Positions 63,558 through 64,000 of a stretch of 64,000 nt of DNA are shown piece after piece. Both the position numbers and the translations under genes were made by a program. This DNA is from an uncultured cyanobacterium (lineage in GTDB: Bacteria; Cyanobacteriota; Cyanobacteriia; Cyanobacteriales; Nostocaceae). Under the pieces are notes generated by a model. That model ran no database searches and was not told where the DNA came from. It saw nothing but the letters and a program-made list of their open reading frames with translations. Every line of letters starts with the position of its first letter. Within the stretch, counting starts at the first letter, position 1. Location of the stretch: contig CAVUDP010000001.1 of NCBI GenBank assembly GCA_963740315.1, forward strand, positions 288,001-352,000. The letters are read 5' to 3'.

Positions 63558-63765
63558 GTAGGTTGGGTTAGACACGAATTGCAAATTAAACTTGAAACGA
63601 GAATTTATCTATCGTGTTGTAACCCAACATCACGGTTGTGAATAAACAATATTGTCCTTCCCCAAATGCAAGATATTGTATAACACCAATAATGAAATGT
63701 TGGGTTACGGCGCAATTTAATTACTAATAAACAACTATTTTCTCTGTGCGCCTAACCCAACCTAC
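63558..63765. repeat. Inverted pair of GTAGGTTGGGTTA repeats (family D, REPIN-like)
   Basis: GTAGGTTGGGTTAG...TAACCCAAC and GTTGGGTTAC...CTAACCCAACCTAC; related copy at 23997-24064. Confidence 0.75.
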
Positions 63766-63947
63766 TATCTATACAAGAATAATCTAAGCCCGTGCAGACG
63801 GGCTTTGTTCCTGTAGCCCCACTATAAGGAGGGTGAGGGCGTTTTTGTTAATTACGAGAAGTGCAATATTCAGAAAACCTCACCAATGCGATCGCGCTTC
63901 TCTTGATATCTTCAGATGATATCATCGACAAAAGCTGGAATCGAACT

Positions 63948-64000
63948 ATGATGACTTACAAAGGCTACTCAGCAATAATCGAAGTAGATACGGAAGCAGA
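63948..64000 (+). CDS. Start of a HicB-family antitoxin (runs off the window)
   Basis: MMTYKGYSAIIEVDTEA matches the HicB N-terminal M.YKGY motif. Confidence 0.6.
   Translation, partial: MMTYKGYSAIIEVDTEA

Overview
AT-rich chromosomal segment of a filamentous, probably heterocystous cyanobacterium (abundant HIP1 GCGATCGC, heptamer STRR tracts, hemH with a CAB tail, chlH, nifJ). Housekeeping genes (hemH, purB, nifJ, pepP, ftsH, lpxB-like, chlH) alternate with accessory patches. These are a defence-like island at 1-10.2 kb (two STAND/NACHT NTPases, an Rpn nuclease with a duplicated C-terminal cassette, toxin-antitoxin (TA) remnants, a retropepsin), a four-gene two-component cluster, a cluster of decayed TA genes at 23.4-26.7 kb, tandem FG-GAP proteins and a lone DGQHR protein. 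Several GTAG-initiated palindromic repeat families and MITEs are present, some inside genes. The most striking unannotated signal is the ORF-free 37.06-37.80 kb region upstream of a slipin/SPFH gene. It holds a promoter with a palindromic operator, then a ~100-nt end-paired RNA, two atypical CAT-anticodon tRNAs, a free anticodon-like stem-loop, a D-armless tRNA-like element and a ~294-nt highly base-paired RNA. I propose this is a candidate translation-stress/RNA-repair ncRNA operon. All calls are by eye; no database searches or folding programs were run.
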